A stretch of 64,000 bases of DNA from Candidatus Bathyarchaeota archaeon (GTDB lineage Archaea > Thermoproteota > Bathyarchaeia > 40CM-2-53-6): the NCBI GenBank assembly GCA_963845275.1, contig CAWJRR010000003.1:77634-141633 (forward strand). The letters run 5' to 3'. The position numbers were made by a program, and so were the translations under genes. Shown piece after piece: positions 41,814-52,042 of the stretch; position 1 is the stretch's first letter; every line of letters starts with the position of its first letter. The notes under the pieces are model-generated. The model worked only from the letters and a program-made list of their open reading frames with translations, ran no database searches and was not told where the DNA came from.

Positions 41814-42716
41814 ATGGAATCCAACACTGTGACTGAAACCTCACCCGACCGTCTATACCGCGAATTGGACAACCTCAGGAATACCACGTCGAGCACGAAA
41901 CGAGAGATAACTGAGCTGAGAAGGGAAATCGAAACAACCGTGAGGGACCGCGATCACCTGAACGACGAGGTTAAGACGATTGCGAATGAAATCAAAGGGC
42001 TCAGATCTAAAAGAGACTCCTTGAACCTTAAAGTAAAAGAACTCAAACTCAAACGTGACGAGCTGAGAGTAGCGGCAACCAAGAAACGAACGGCGTTATC
42101 CCAATTACTTGAACAAGCCCAGCACGCATCTGAAAAAGTTCAGGGTAACATGTCGGACTTAATGAAACAGATAACTCGCATGGAATGGCAGATCCAAACA
42201 AGCTCTCTCTCGCCCAAGACCGAGCGGAGCATCATTGGAAGAATCGCAGAGCTTGAAGTGCACCTAGCAAAGCACAAGGAATTGAAGAACGTCAAAGATC
42301 GATTGCTAAAGTTAAGGGTGGAAGTCGGAGCGCTCCGAATTCAAGCACAATCAACCCACGAAGAGCTTACTCACCTCGCAGAGGAAAGCGAAAAAGTCCA
42401 CAATGAGATGCAAGAAAAAGTTAGAATCCTAAGTGAGAAGAAAAAAGAGGCAGATGCCAAACATACCTCATTCTTAGAAAAGAGCAAGCAACGGATGGAA
42501 AAGATAGTATCGCTAAAGGGCAACATTGCTCGAATAGACGAAATCCGCGCTCAAATCGGCGAAGTCAAAACCTCCACTAGAAGCGATAAGGCGGAGAAAG
42601 TGAAATCGAAGTATCGTGAAGCGGCGGAAGAGAAAATGAGAACAGGCGGGAAACTTTCCTTCGAAGAATTTCAAGCACTAATGTCAGAGAATATGACTGA
42701 AGGAGACGAGGAGTAA
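41814..42716 (+). CDS. Archaeal coiled-coil protein (COG1340-like)
   Basis: Long heptad repeats, EWQIQT..LS motif, C-terminal GGKLSFEEFQAL. Confidence 0.8.
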   Translation: MESNTVTETSPDRLYRELDNLRNTTSSTKREITELRREIETTVRDRDHLNDEVKTIANEIKGLRSKRDSLNLKVKELKLKRDELRVAATKKRTALSQLLEQAQHASEKVQGNMSDLMKQITRMEWQIQTSSLSPKTERSIIGRIAELEVHLAKHKELKNVKDRLLKLRVEVGALRIQAQSTHEELTHLAEESEKVHNEMQEKVRILSEKKKEADAKHTSFLEKSKQRMEKIVSLKGNIARIDEIRAQIGEVKTSTRSDKAEKVKSKYREAAEEKMRTGGKLSFEEFQALMSENMTEGDEE

Positions 42717-42737
42717 CGACCAGCGAAGCGAAGAATA

Positions 42738-43511
42738 ATGCCGAGAATTGCAATAATCGGCGGTAGCGGACTCGAAGGAATTCTACAAGGCTCACGACTT
42801 GTACGCATAGGTACCCCATACGGCCCAGCTCCTCCAATAACCATAGGCAAAACAGGAAACGAAGAAGTCGCCTTCCTCCCAAGACACGGCCCCAAACATG
42901 ACCTCCCTCCACACAAGGTCAATTACCGCGGCAACCTATACGCCCTCAAGCAACTAGGTGTAGAACGAATAATCGCAACCAACGCAGTTGGAAGCATAAA
43001 CCCAGAATACACTCCTGGAGACCTCGCCATTCCAGAAGACATAATCGACATGACGAAAACGAGACAAGCAACTTTCTTCGACGGAACACCAGTCACGCAC
43101 ATTGACGTATCTCAACCATACTGTCCCGAGATCCGTGGTGCCCTGATAGAGGCATCTAAACATGCGAAAGTAACAACGTGGACGAACTCGGTGCTTGCCG
43201 CGACGGAGGGCCCCAGGTATGAGACACCGGCCGAAATCCGCATGCTAAGTACAATGGGCGGAGACATTGTTGGAATGACGGGTGCCCCTGAAACATTCCT
43301 CGCTAGAGAACTTCAAATCTGTTACTCAACGCTATGTTTCATATCGAACCGAGCCGCAGGCAAACAGGCGAAGCTCTCAGCAGTCGAGGTGACGGAAGTG
43401 GGCAAGGCCATGATACCTCACATACTGACGATCCTTCAACGAGCCGTCGACGCCCTTCCAACCTCAAGAGGCTGCCCCTGCAGCAAATCTATTGACCAGG
43501 CGCAGGTGTGA
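42738..43511 (+). CDS. mtnP: 5'-methylthioadenosine/inosine phosphorylase
   Basis: IIGGSG, TPYG, RHG, EGPRYETPAE and VGMT..PE motifs. Confidence 0.93.
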   Translation: MPRIAIIGGSGLEGILQGSRLVRIGTPYGPAPPITIGKTGNEEVAFLPRHGPKHDLPPHKVNYRGNLYALKQLGVERIIATNAVGSINPEYTPGDLAIPEDIIDMTKTRQATFFDGTPVTHIDVSQPYCPEIRGALIEASKHAKVTTWTNSVLAATEGPRYETPAEIRMLSTMGGDIVGMTGAPETFLARELQICYSTLCFISNRAAGKQAKLSAVEVTEVGKAMIPHILTILQRAVDALPTSRGCPCSKSIDQAQV

Positions 43512-43514
43512 ATT

Positions 43515-44297
43515 TTGCTACCTACCCTGCTCAAGACCATCGGAGTGTACACGTTCTATGAAAAATGGCTGGAGGGCGTAATCACAGCAGAAGGGATGCC
43601 GGAGCACGTAGGGATAATACTAGACGGAAATAGGAGATGGGGATTCGTAAAGTACGGAGATCAGCTAAATGGTCACTTTCACGGCGCCAGAACTGCCGAA
43701 GACTTTCTCATATGGTGCCTCGACCTTGGAATTAGAACCATCACTCTCTACGTCTTTTCAACCGAAAACTTCCAACGCCCACAAGACGAAGTTGATACCG
43801 TTCTCTCAATAATCGAGAACGAAGCACGAAAGCTGCTGAATGACGAGAGAATCCATAACCACATGGTTCACGTCAAAGCCATCGGCCGTCTTGAGCTATT
43901 ACCTGAATCATTACGTAGCGCTTTGAACGATCTCGAACGAGCGACAGCCCACTACGACAAACACTACCTAAACATAGCCGTTGCATACGGCGGAAGAGCA
44001 GAAATCGTGGACGCCGCAAAACGCATCATCGATGAAGTGCAGAGCGGTCAATTGGACAAAAGATCCGTCGACGAAGACATGTTCACCAAGTACCTCTACA
44101 CATCACACCTACCGAATCCATACCCGGAACTCATCATTCGAACGTCGGGTGAGGAGAGGCTGAGCGGATTCCTGATTTGGCAAGCCGCATACAGCGAATT
44201 TGTCTTTCTAGACGTCTATTGGCCTGAATTCAGACGCATCGACCTGCTACGAGCGGTTAGAACATATCAGAGACGAAAACGACGCTTCGGCTCGTAA
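43515..44297 (+). CDS. uppS: cis-prenyltransferase (polyprenyl diphosphate synthase)
   Basis: ILDGNRRW, FSTENF.R, YGGRAEI and RTSGEERLSGFL motifs. Confidence 0.96.
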   Translation: MLPTLLKTIGVYTFYEKWLEGVITAEGMPEHVGIILDGNRRWGFVKYGDQLNGHFHGARTAEDFLIWCLDLGIRTITLYVFSTENFQRPQDEVDTVLSIIENEARKLLNDERIHNHMVHVKAIGRLELLPESLRSALNDLERATAHYDKHYLNIAVAYGGRAEIVDAAKRIIDEVQSGQLDKRSVDEDMFTKYLYTSHLPNPYPELIIRTSGEERLSGFLIWQAAYSEFVFLDVYWPEFRRIDLLRAVRTYQRRKRRFGS

Positions 44298-44480
44298 CTC
44301 AACCTTTAGGCGTAGCTGTCAAATCCATGCAACAGGCACGTGCCAAACTTGACATAGTCACATCCATACATTTACGCACGAAAGTGTAACCAAGCCTTAT
44401 CTTCGCTAGTTCTTAGCACCCGAACATTCACGTAAGACGCTAAAATTGCAATTTCGCGTCATAGTGGCGAGTTTGGAAAA

Positions 44481-47400
44481 TTGGTATACATAAAACGAGT
44501 AGACCTGCGCGGCTTCAAGACCTTCGGAAAGAAAACTACGATTCACCTAGACCGCGGACTCACAATAATAACCGGTCCCAACGGCTCCGGAAAATCAAAC
44601 GTCCTCGACTCAGTAAAGTTCGCTCTAGGGGAACTGAGCCCCAAAGAGTTGAGAGGAGAAACCATCGGTGACCTCGTGTACAAAGGAACAGCACAAACAA
44701 TACACACGAAAGCCGCGTACGTGGCAGTCCAGTTCGACAATCACGATCGCCGAATACCCATAGACGCTGAAGCAGTAACAATCTCAAGAGAATTCCGTCG
44801 AGGCGGAGAAGGCATCTACAGACTCAACGGAAAGAGAGTCTCGAGAAAACAATTAACCGACATCCTATCCTCAGCCGACATTCAAGTTTCAAGCTTCAAC
44901 ATTGTACCGCAACACGCAATCACGCGACTCGCAGAAGTGACCACTGAAGAAAGAAGGAAAATCATCGAAGACATGATCGGTATCGCCGTCTATGACACTA
45001 AGAGGACCGCCGCTCAAGCCGAACTTCAACAAGCCGACTTAAACCTCCAAGTAGCATCAGCGAAAATCGAGGAAGTTAGACTCCGCGTCGAATCCCTAGA
45101 GAGAGAAAGAAACGATTATCTCAAATTCGTGCAAGTACGCAACGAAATAAACCGACTGGAAGCAAAGGAAGTTTCAAGCAAGATAAGGAAAGCTGAAGAA
45201 GAGATCAAACGCCTGGACGACGAGATAGCTGAATCTCATCGGCGAATCCAGGAACTCAAAGAAGCAAGAGATAAGCTTCTTCATGAGAAATCTGAAATTA
45301 ACGCCAAACGAAGAGAACTCGAAGAATCAGTTGTCGAGCAAAGCAACAACAGGCTCTTCGAAATTCAACGCTTGATGGGAGACGTAAGCGCAAGGATAGC
45401 CAGCCTCCGAGCCAACGCCAACGCAAATGAGGCAAACACAAAATCACTTCAGAAACAGAAAAACGAGCTCACTCAAAACTCCACTGAACTAACGCAGCGC
45501 ATTCAGGGATGCAAATCTGATCTCCCTAATCTAACTGAGCAAATGGACAAGGTAACGTCGATCATTGAGCAAAAACAGTCACTCGTGAACGAATCGAATG
45601 AAGCAATACTCAAACTCAGACAAACACTTGGACAAAACACTAAGGAAGCCCAAGACATCGAACGACAAGTCAACAACATCACTCAGAGAATGATCAAAGT
45701 AGAGGCCCAGGTTGAAGCCAGCAACGCCAAGATAGATCTCTTGAACAAACACCTAGTGACACTATCCACTCGAAAAGACGAATATGAAACGCTCATCCAA
45801 AGCGCCACTGAACGAATTGAGGAATTGAAGAAAGTTGAACAGGAAACGCTTACCAGCACGTCGGAGACTGACCGAAAAATCACGGAATATCAAAAACTCA
45901 AGGAACAACGGACCATTGAAATCCAGCAAGCGGAGAATGTAGCCAGACGCGCAACATCAGCACTAGTAGAAATTGACACGCAACGGAAGATCGCTGATGA
46001 CGTCGCTTCAGAAGACAGAGCACTCGCCCTTATCGAACAAATGTCAAAAGCAGGAGCGCTAGTAGACGTTTACGGAAAAATATCGACCCTAATCAAGTAC
46101 AAGAATGAACACGCAAAAGCAGTAGAGGCCGCTGCAGCAGGATGGACAAAAGCCCTCGTCGTCAAGAACGTTGAAACGGCAGTCGCATGCATAGAAGTGC
46201 TCAAGAAGACCCGCGTCGGCAGAGTAAAAATAGTTCCCGCCCAGGGCATACGACGACACATAGCGCCGAAACAACCAACAGGAATAGAAGGCATCCTTGG
46301 CCCAATCACGAATTACCTCACCTTTGAAGAACGCTACAGAAGCGTCATCAACCACATTTTTGGCGACACACTCCTGACGTTAAACCAAAAATCCGCTTTC
46401 CTCGCATCCCTCAAAGGCGTCAGAGCCGTAGCTTTGACCGGCGACCTGTATGAAGCCGGAGGAGCAATGGAAACAGGCTACTTCAGACAACCAATCGACT
46501 TCACGAACCTCCTGCTCAGAGGACAAACGGTGAATGAACTCAAAACAACACTCTCTTCACTGGAGAAGCTGGCAAATAAGACTCGCGAAGATGTCACGAG
46601 ACTGAAGAAAGAGGCGGAAGAACTCAGGAAGAACAAATCGAAAACCCTGACGTTCCTAAGCTCAGTCAAGAAGGAAATTGAGAATTTCGAACTGAACATG
46701 ACTCGTACAAGACGCGGAATGGAAGAAACCATCTCACGGTTCGAAACCATAACGCGAGAAATCGCCACTGAACAGACAGTAAAAGACGCTTGCTCCCACC
46801 TCCAACGGAAGATAAGCGACCAACTAGCCCACTCAGAGAAAGAACGAGAGGAGATGACATTCCCGTTCCAGTCAACGGCACTCGTGGAACGCGAGGAAGA
46901 ATACTCCAAACAGACAAAAGAACTCAACGACCTCATGCGTCAGCGAATTGAACTTGAAAGGCGACTTCAATCCGCCAATTCAACCATGAGCGTTCTAGAA
47001 CCATCACTCTCGCAAATCACAGGACAAGTGACAGACATAGAGAAGCAGATCGAATTGCTCGCCACGAACATGGAACAGACACGCACAGACCTAGCTGACG
47101 CTGAAAACCAACTCAAAGAACTCGACGCTTCACGCGGCAATTTATCTCAAGAACTCAGCGTGGTAAAGAAGAAACGGGACGAATATGATGGCCAGCTCAA
47201 GAAGTTAGACTCCGACATAACTGAGATAATTGATCAGCTTGAACCATTAAACGGGGAACTGGCGCAGCAGACCGCATCGCAAAAGAACCTGCAGATGAAA
47301 AATGAATTCCAACTAAACCAGCTCAAGGAACTAGGCTACTCGGAACCCGTAGAATTCAACGACGACGAAATCGAAGAGATTACGAAAAACCTAGCGTTCC

Positions 47401-48035
47401 TCAAGAAGGAACTCACCTCAATTGGCGGGGTTAATGAACTGGCCGTCTCACAGTACGAAGAGGTCAAGAACAATTACAAGCAGCTCGCCACCCGCATCTA
47501 CGAATTAGAGAAAGAAAAACTCTCAATCCTCAAATTCATGAACGAACTGGACAAACAGAAACTCGGCGTGTTCATGAAGGCCTTCAACCAGGTGAGCCAA
47601 TCATTCAACGAAATCTTCTCAACCGTTACCGGCGGAACCGGCAGACTCTTCCTCGAGAAACCTGAAACACCCTTCGACGCAGGCGCAGACGTTAGACTCC
47701 AATTCCCCGGAAAGACTGAGATGACGATCGGAAGCGCCAGCGGCGGCGAAAAATCAGTAGGCACAGTCTGCTTCATCCTCTCCCTACAATCCATACACCC
47801 CATGCCGTTCTACATGCTGGACGAAATCGACGCACACCTCGACGTCCTGAATTCACAACACTTGGCTGACCTACTCAAACGCAAATCGCAAGGATCACAG
47901 TTCATCATAGTATCACTCAAAGACGTAACGATCACGCGAGCCGACACCGTTTATGGAGTATTCATCCAAGACGGCGTATCACAAGTAATCAATCTACCAA
48001 TGCAGGAGGTCAACGTTCCTGGAAGAACTCACTAA
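44481..48035 (+). CDS. smc: Chromosome segregation protein SMC
   Basis: GFKTF, GPNGSGKSN, hinge, SGGEKS and LDEIDAHLD motifs. Confidence 0.98.
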   Translation: MVYIKRVDLRGFKTFGKKTTIHLDRGLTIITGPNGSGKSNVLDSVKFALGELSPKELRGETIGDLVYKGTAQTIHTKAAYVAVQFDNHDRRIPIDAEAVTISREFRRGGEGIYRLNGKRVSRKQLTDILSSADIQVSSFNIVPQHAITRLAEVTTEERRKIIEDMIGIAVYDTKRTAAQAELQQADLNLQVASAKIEEVRLRVESLERERNDYLKFVQVRNEINRLEAKEVSSKIRKAEEEIKRLDDEIAESHRRIQELKEARDKLLHEKSEINAKRRELEESVVEQSNNRLFEIQRLMGDVSARIASLRANANANEANTKSLQKQKNELTQNSTELTQRIQGCKSDLPNLTEQMDKVTSIIEQKQSLVNESNEAILKLRQTLGQNTKEAQDIERQVNNITQRMIKVEAQVEASNAKIDLLNKHLVTLSTRKDEYETLIQSATERIEELKKVEQETLTSTSETDRKITEYQKLKEQRTIEIQQAENVARRATSALVEIDTQRKIADDVASEDRALALIEQMSKAGALVDVYGKISTLIKYKNEHAKAVEAAAAGWTKALVVKNVETAVACIEVLKKTRVGRVKIVPAQGIRRHIAPKQPTGIEGILGPITNYLTFEERYRSVINHIFGDTLLTLNQKSAFLASLKGVRAVALTGDLYEAGGAMETGYFRQPIDFTNLLLRGQTVNELKTTLSSLEKLANKTREDVTRLKKEAEELRKNKSKTLTFLSSVKKEIENFELNMTRTRRGMEETISRFETITREIATEQTVKDACSHLQRKISDQLAHSEKEREEMTFPFQSTALVEREEEYSKQTKELNDLMRQRIELERRLQSANSTMSVLEPSLSQITGQVTDIEKQIELLATNMEQTRTDLADAENQLKELDASRGNLSQELSVVKKKRDEYDGQLKKLDSDITEIIDQLEPLNGELAQQTASQKNLQMKNEFQLNQLKELGYSEPVEFNDDEIEEITKNLAFLKKELTSIGGVNELAVSQYEEVKNNYKQLATRIYELEKEKLSILKFMNELDKQKLGVFMKAFNQVSQSFNEIFSTVTGGTGRLFLEKPETPFDAGADVRLQFPGKTEMTIGSASGGEKSVGTVCFILSLQSIHPMPFYMLDEIDAHLDVLNSQHLADLLKRKSQGSQFIIVSLKDVTITRADTVYGVFIQDGVSQVINLPMQEVNVPGRTH

Positions 48036-48690
48036 ACCCTTCTGGCTACGACCCCCCTACCTAATCCTATTCGACCTACTCCGACTACACAGGATCAAAC
48101 CCTGGGACGTTGACTTAGCCGACCTCCTGAACTCATTCCTAGCAGAGATGAAGAAGAACGGCTTCATCGACTTTTCCGCCTCCGGCACAGCACTCCTCTC
48201 ATCCAGCGTAGTTCACAGAATGAAATCTGAAGTCGTACTGAAAATGGAGGAACCACCCAAACCTCCAACCCCACGACCAGACGTTGAAGTCCCGCCAGGC
48301 CTTCCATTTCCAATCCGATTCGAATACACCTCCACCAGCGTCTCCGAGGTACTACGCGTACTGCAAGAAGTATTGGCGAATGAGAAACTTGCACTCGAGA
48401 AGAAACCGTTCATCCTAACGCCGCCCTCAGTCTTCGAACAACTGGACACATTCCTCTCAAACATAGAGGAGAACATTGAAAACTTCTACGCGGAAATAAT
48501 CAAACTCAGCATTCGAGGCTCACCAATATCCTTCCGCGAGCTTGTGGCCGGAAAACCACTCTTAGAAATCGTCCGGGTTTTCATCATGCTTCTATTCCTA
48601 GCCAACCAGAACAAGCTCATAGTCACACAAGACGAGGAAACCTTAGGGATCTTCATAAAACTAGGCGAGGTGTCACCACCAATTGTCTGA
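48019..48690 (+). CDS. scpA: Kleisin ScpA (probable CTG start)
   Basis: Open frame extends upstream of ATG 48148 through IKPWDVDLADL; SD GGAGGT at 48005; C-terminal VRVFIMLLFLA...Q motif. Confidence 0.85.
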   Translation: MEELTKPFWLRPPYLILFDLLRLHRIKPWDVDLADLLNSFLAEMKKNGFIDFSASGTALLSSSVVHRMKSEVVLKMEEPPKPPTPRPDVEVPPGLPFPIRFEYTSTSVSEVLRVLQEVLANEKLALEKKPFILTPPSVFEQLDTFLSNIEENIENFYAEIIKLSIRGSPISFRELVAGKPLLEIVRVFIMLLFLANQNKLIVTQDEETLGIFIKLGEVSPPIV

Positions 48691-49345
48691 ACCCCAACAA
48701 CAAAGCGAACAACAGACTGAACAACAAACCGAACCACAACAGACTGAACTTCTCGAGAAGAACTTTGATAAAGTCGCACTAATCGAAGCCGCACTGTACG
48801 TGACCGGCCGTCCCGTTGACTTGAAAACGCTAGGATTAATCCTAGGGATGCGATCGGAAGAAAAAATCCGAGACACGGCGAGACAACTGAAAGAACGCTA
48901 TAAGAACACGAGCGCCATCGAAGTTCTAGAATTAAATGACGGACGATTCGTCATGCAACTGAGACCCCAGTACGCTCCCCATGTTAAACGACTCGCTACA
49001 AGACAACTACTCACCCCAGGACCAATGAAGACATTATCCTTCATCGCCTACAAACAACCTATAACACAATCCTACGTTGCGAAGGTGAGAGGAAACCTCT
49101 CCTATTCACACGTCAGACAACTTCAAGAGATAGGGCTCATCAGCGAAGAAAAACTCGGCAGAACAAAGATGCTTAGAACCACACCAAACTTCGCTGACTA
49201 CTTCAACCTTAGTCAAGACGTTCAAGTGATGAAGAAACAACTCGAGAGAGTCTTCGAGCAATTAAAGTCCGAAAAAGCGGCTTCAGCCCAAACGAAAGAA
49301 TCGCAGAAACCATCACAACAGAAGACTCAGGCCGACTGCCATTAA
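48683..49345 (+). CDS. scpB: Segregation and condensation protein ScpB
   Basis: IEAALY, TLSFIAYKQPIT, RG and TT..F.DYF motifs. Confidence 0.93.
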   Translation: MSEPQQQSEQQTEQQTEPQQTELLEKNFDKVALIEAALYVTGRPVDLKTLGLILGMRSEEKIRDTARQLKERYKNTSAIEVLELNDGRFVMQLRPQYAPHVKRLATRQLLTPGPMKTLSFIAYKQPITQSYVAKVRGNLSYSHVRQLQEIGLISEEKLGRTKMLRTTPNFADYFNLSQDVQVMKKQLERVFEQLKSEKAASAQTKESQKPSQQKTQADCH

Positions 49346-49484
49346 GCAAAGCAGTCGTATCAACCAGCCAAGAAGACGCTACGCGAAAACGAACAATAAC
49401 CAGCCTGAGATCCAGATTATAACAATACTTAAATGAAGACGCCTTGCCTCTCAAGCAAATCGCTACGTCGGAGTCGATACTTGA

Positions 49485-49877
49485 ATGCCCCAATGGCACG
49501 GAAACCTTCACAAACGTAAGAAGAGCGGCGGCAAGAAACACATTTTTCGCGGAAAACGCGCCTTCGAAATGGGCAGCGACCCCGCTGAGACGATAGTTGG
49601 GGAACCCCGCATAGCTAAGAAACGCGGACGAGGGAACAACCTGAAACTCCGAGCCTTATCAGTTAACTCGGTAAACGTCACCGACCCAGCCACAGGCAAA
49701 AGCCAGAAGACTGAAATTCGAAGCGTCGTGAAAAACCCTGCGAACGTCGACTACCAACGAAGAGGCGTCATCACGAAAGGCGCAGTCGTCGATACACCCC
49801 TGGGGCAAGCATTAGTAACCTCTAGACCAGGCCAACACGGAATCATAAACGCGGTACTAATCCAAGCAACAAAATAA
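49485..49877 (+). CDS. rps8e: 30S ribosomal protein S8e
   Basis: KRKKSGG, RGRGNN and TSRPGQHG motifs. Confidence 0.97.
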   Translation: MPQWHGNLHKRKKSGGKKHIFRGKRAFEMGSDPAETIVGEPRIAKKRGRGNNLKLRALSVNSVNVTDPATGKSQKTEIRSVVKNPANVDYQRRGVITKGAVVDTPLGQALVTSRPGQHGIINAVLIQATK

Positions 49878-49901
49878 CCCCCGGAACGATGAACCCCCTC
49901 T

Positions 49902-50204
49902 TTGAAGCTTGACGGAAAAATCCTCGTCTGGCCCGCAAACCTGGACTCCTCAAAAACTAGGCTTGAAGGAAGAAAGCTACCTAAAGGCCAGAGCGTACAA
50001 GCCCCACGAGTAGATGAGCTGGCTGAAGCCGCACGTCGACTCTCAATACAAGCAGAAATTACCCCGCAAAAATCCAGACCTAGAAACTGGTGGGAGAGGA
50101 CAGGCTACATCACCGTTCCCAAGACTCCAAGAACGGAACTGCTCCGATCATTAGCTAGCGAGGTAAGAAAGATCAGAGCAGCCAAGGATTTACCTAAGAA
50201 GTAA
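49902..50204 (+). CDS. srp19: Signal recognition particle 19 kDa protein
   Basis: VWPANLDSSKTRLEGRK and PR.WW motifs. Confidence 0.92.
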   Translation: MKLDGKILVWPANLDSSKTRLEGRKLPKGQSVQAPRVDELAEAARRLSIQAEITPQKSRPRNWWERTGYITVPKTPRTELLRSLASEVRKIRAAKDLPKK

Positions 50205-51447
50205 GCAAGGTTACATCCAGTAAACGACCCTTTGGAATCATCCCAGTCTTCTCAGGCACAACAACGAACCCATCAGCAGCCACGATGCTCATCATCACTG
50301 ACGCACGCTGCGAATCTACCAGCCTCGCGGTGAATCCGTTCTCGCTCTTCCTCAAAGCTACGCGAACAAACGTCCGGTAGCCCTTCACGCCTTTGATTAA
50401 TTCCGAAGTCGTCGCCTGCAACTTCGCCTCTGGAACCGGCTTCACCCCGGACAGTTTAGCTATCATTGGCACACCAAAAATCAGAAACGCAAACATGGCG
50501 GAGACTGGGAAACCCGGGAGAGAGATAATTGGGATCCCGCCTACAGAAGCTAAGCCCGTCGGCATTGCCGGACGCATCGCGACTCCGTGAACCAACATGC
50601 CTGGCTTCCCAACCGCGTTGATACAGGAGGGAACCAAATCCTTCTGCCCCACAGAAGAGCCCCCACTAACCAACACCATGTCAGATGATTTGACAGCCTT
50701 CTCTAAAGCTCTGATGATGAGCTCTTTTCGATCCTTCACAATTCCAAAATCAATTACGGTTCCACCAAGCTGCCGAACCTTAGCGGAGAGCACCAGCCTG
50801 TTGATGTCCACAATCTGACTCGACGATTTGATGCGGAGTCTATCAACGAGCTCGTTCCCTGTTGAGAGTATGGCCACTCGCGGCCTCTTCATAACCCGCA
50901 CCCGGTCAATCCCGAGGACCTTCAGCACACCCAAATCCTCTGCACGAAGCCGTCTCCCTTTTGTCAGGACAACTTTGCCGCGAGCAATATCCTCGCCCTT
51001 GCGGAGAACGTTCTGCCCCCGTTCTACGGTTTCTTTTACAGCGATTCGGCCGCCGGCCATTTTACGGGCATCCTCGACTGGAACGACACAGTCAGCCCCT
51101 TTCGGCAGCATGCTGCCAGTCGCGATAGCAAACGCTCCACCCCGCCTGACGACCCCCTTGCATGCTTCTCCCAGTCTACTTTCGCCCATGACCCTCAATA
51201 CAACTGGGCTAACATCCGAAGCCCCTTCTGCATCAGACGATTTCACGGCGAATCCGTCTACGATAGAGCGATCTGAGTGCGGAATCTCGGATTCAGCCAC
51301 TATATCGTCCGCCAATATTCTTTCCAAGGCCCGCGACACCAGGAGCCGCTCTGTTTCGACAAGAGGCCTACGGGCGGATTGTAGAAAACAGGCTAGGGCG
51401 TCATCGACATTTTTGAGCGTGTGGAAACCTTTGTGCGCGTGATTCAA
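50194..51447 (-). CDS. moeA: Molybdopterin molybdotransferase
   Basis: RSIVDGFAV, STGNEL, SGGSSVG..D and LPGFPVS motifs. Confidence 0.95.
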   Translation of the reverse strand: MNHAHKGFHTLKNVDDALACFLQSARRPLVETERLLVSRALERILADDIVAESEIPHSDRSIVDGFAVKSSDAEGASDVSPVVLRVMGESRLGEACKGVVRRGGAFAIATGSMLPKGADCVVPVEDARKMAGGRIAVKETVERGQNVLRKGEDIARGKVVLTKGRRLRAEDLGVLKVLGIDRVRVMKRPRVAILSTGNELVDRLRIKSSSQIVDINRLVLSAKVRQLGGTVIDFGIVKDRKELIIRALEKAVKSSDMVLVSGGSSVGQKDLVPSCINAVGKPGMLVHGVAMRPAMPTGLASVGGIPIISLPGFPVSAMFAFLIFGVPMIAKLSGVKPVPEAKLQATTSELIKGVKGYRTFVRVALRKSENGFTARLVDSQRASVMMSIVAADGFVVVPEKTGMIPKGRLLDVTLLTS

Positions 51448-51500
51448 GTTAATACGACTCGGCCATGTAATTTGCGTAATGAATCTGTACGGTCTCTACC

Positions 51501-51704
51501 ATGTTAAGTTTGATCCTATCCCTTATCCTATTCATCGCCATCCTTCTAGCGTTGATCTGGTTTGTGTCACGACGAAGAAGGAAGAGAAGCATTGAGCCAA
51601 TTATTGAGTTGGAGAAACTCGTCCAATGCAAGTCATGCGGATCGCTAATTCCCGAGACCGCAGGCAGATGCGCCTTCTGCGGAAAACCGCAGGCAAGAGG
51701 TTAA
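51501..51704 (+). CDS. Small TM + zinc-ribbon protein
   Basis: N-terminal TM, RRRRKR, CKSCG...CAFCG. Confidence 0.7.
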   Translation: MLSLILSLILFIAILLALIWFVSRRRRKRSIEPIIELEKLVQCKSCGSLIPETAGRCAFCGKPQARG

Positions 51705-51774
51705 CTGACTGGTGACCAATAACTAATTAAAGTCATTTTACGTGTGGCTCATGAGCCGCCGAGCTAGCACACTA

Positions 51775-51895
51775 GCCGCCGTACGCGCCTAACCGCGCAG
51801 ACGACAGCTCAGTGGTAAGAGCAGCGGACCCTAACTCTAAGGGGCTGAAGCTGTTAACCCGTTGGTCGCAGGTTCGATCCCTGCCGGCGGCGCCA
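51775..51895 (+). tRNA. tRNA-Asn(GTT) with two introns (51783-51805 at 8/9; 51828-51849 at 30/31) and encoded CCA
   Basis: GCCGCCG/CGGCGGC acceptor, G73-CCA, GCTC/GAGC D stem, GCGGG-CT-GTT-AA-CCCGT anticodon arm, GCAGG-TTCGATC-CCTGC T arm. Confidence 0.88.
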
Positions 51896-52042
51896 TCACA
51901 TCTACCGGCGGTTTCCTACTTGTGGACCGTATCCCAATCACGTGAGAAGAGCGGGTTAGAACCCTCTGACAGCTCATCTTACCACCCAGAATGAGAATCA
52001 GTTCCTGGACTTTCGGTCATGTCTGATACGAAATACTGAACT

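Noticed and set aside
48690..48750. QQTE tandem repeats at the ScpB N-terminus
   Set aside because: Ordinary low-complexity disordered extension.
51812..51994. 60-aa ORF here, and the 97-aa ORF at 646-939
   Set aside because: Both overlap tRNA genes and are spurious.
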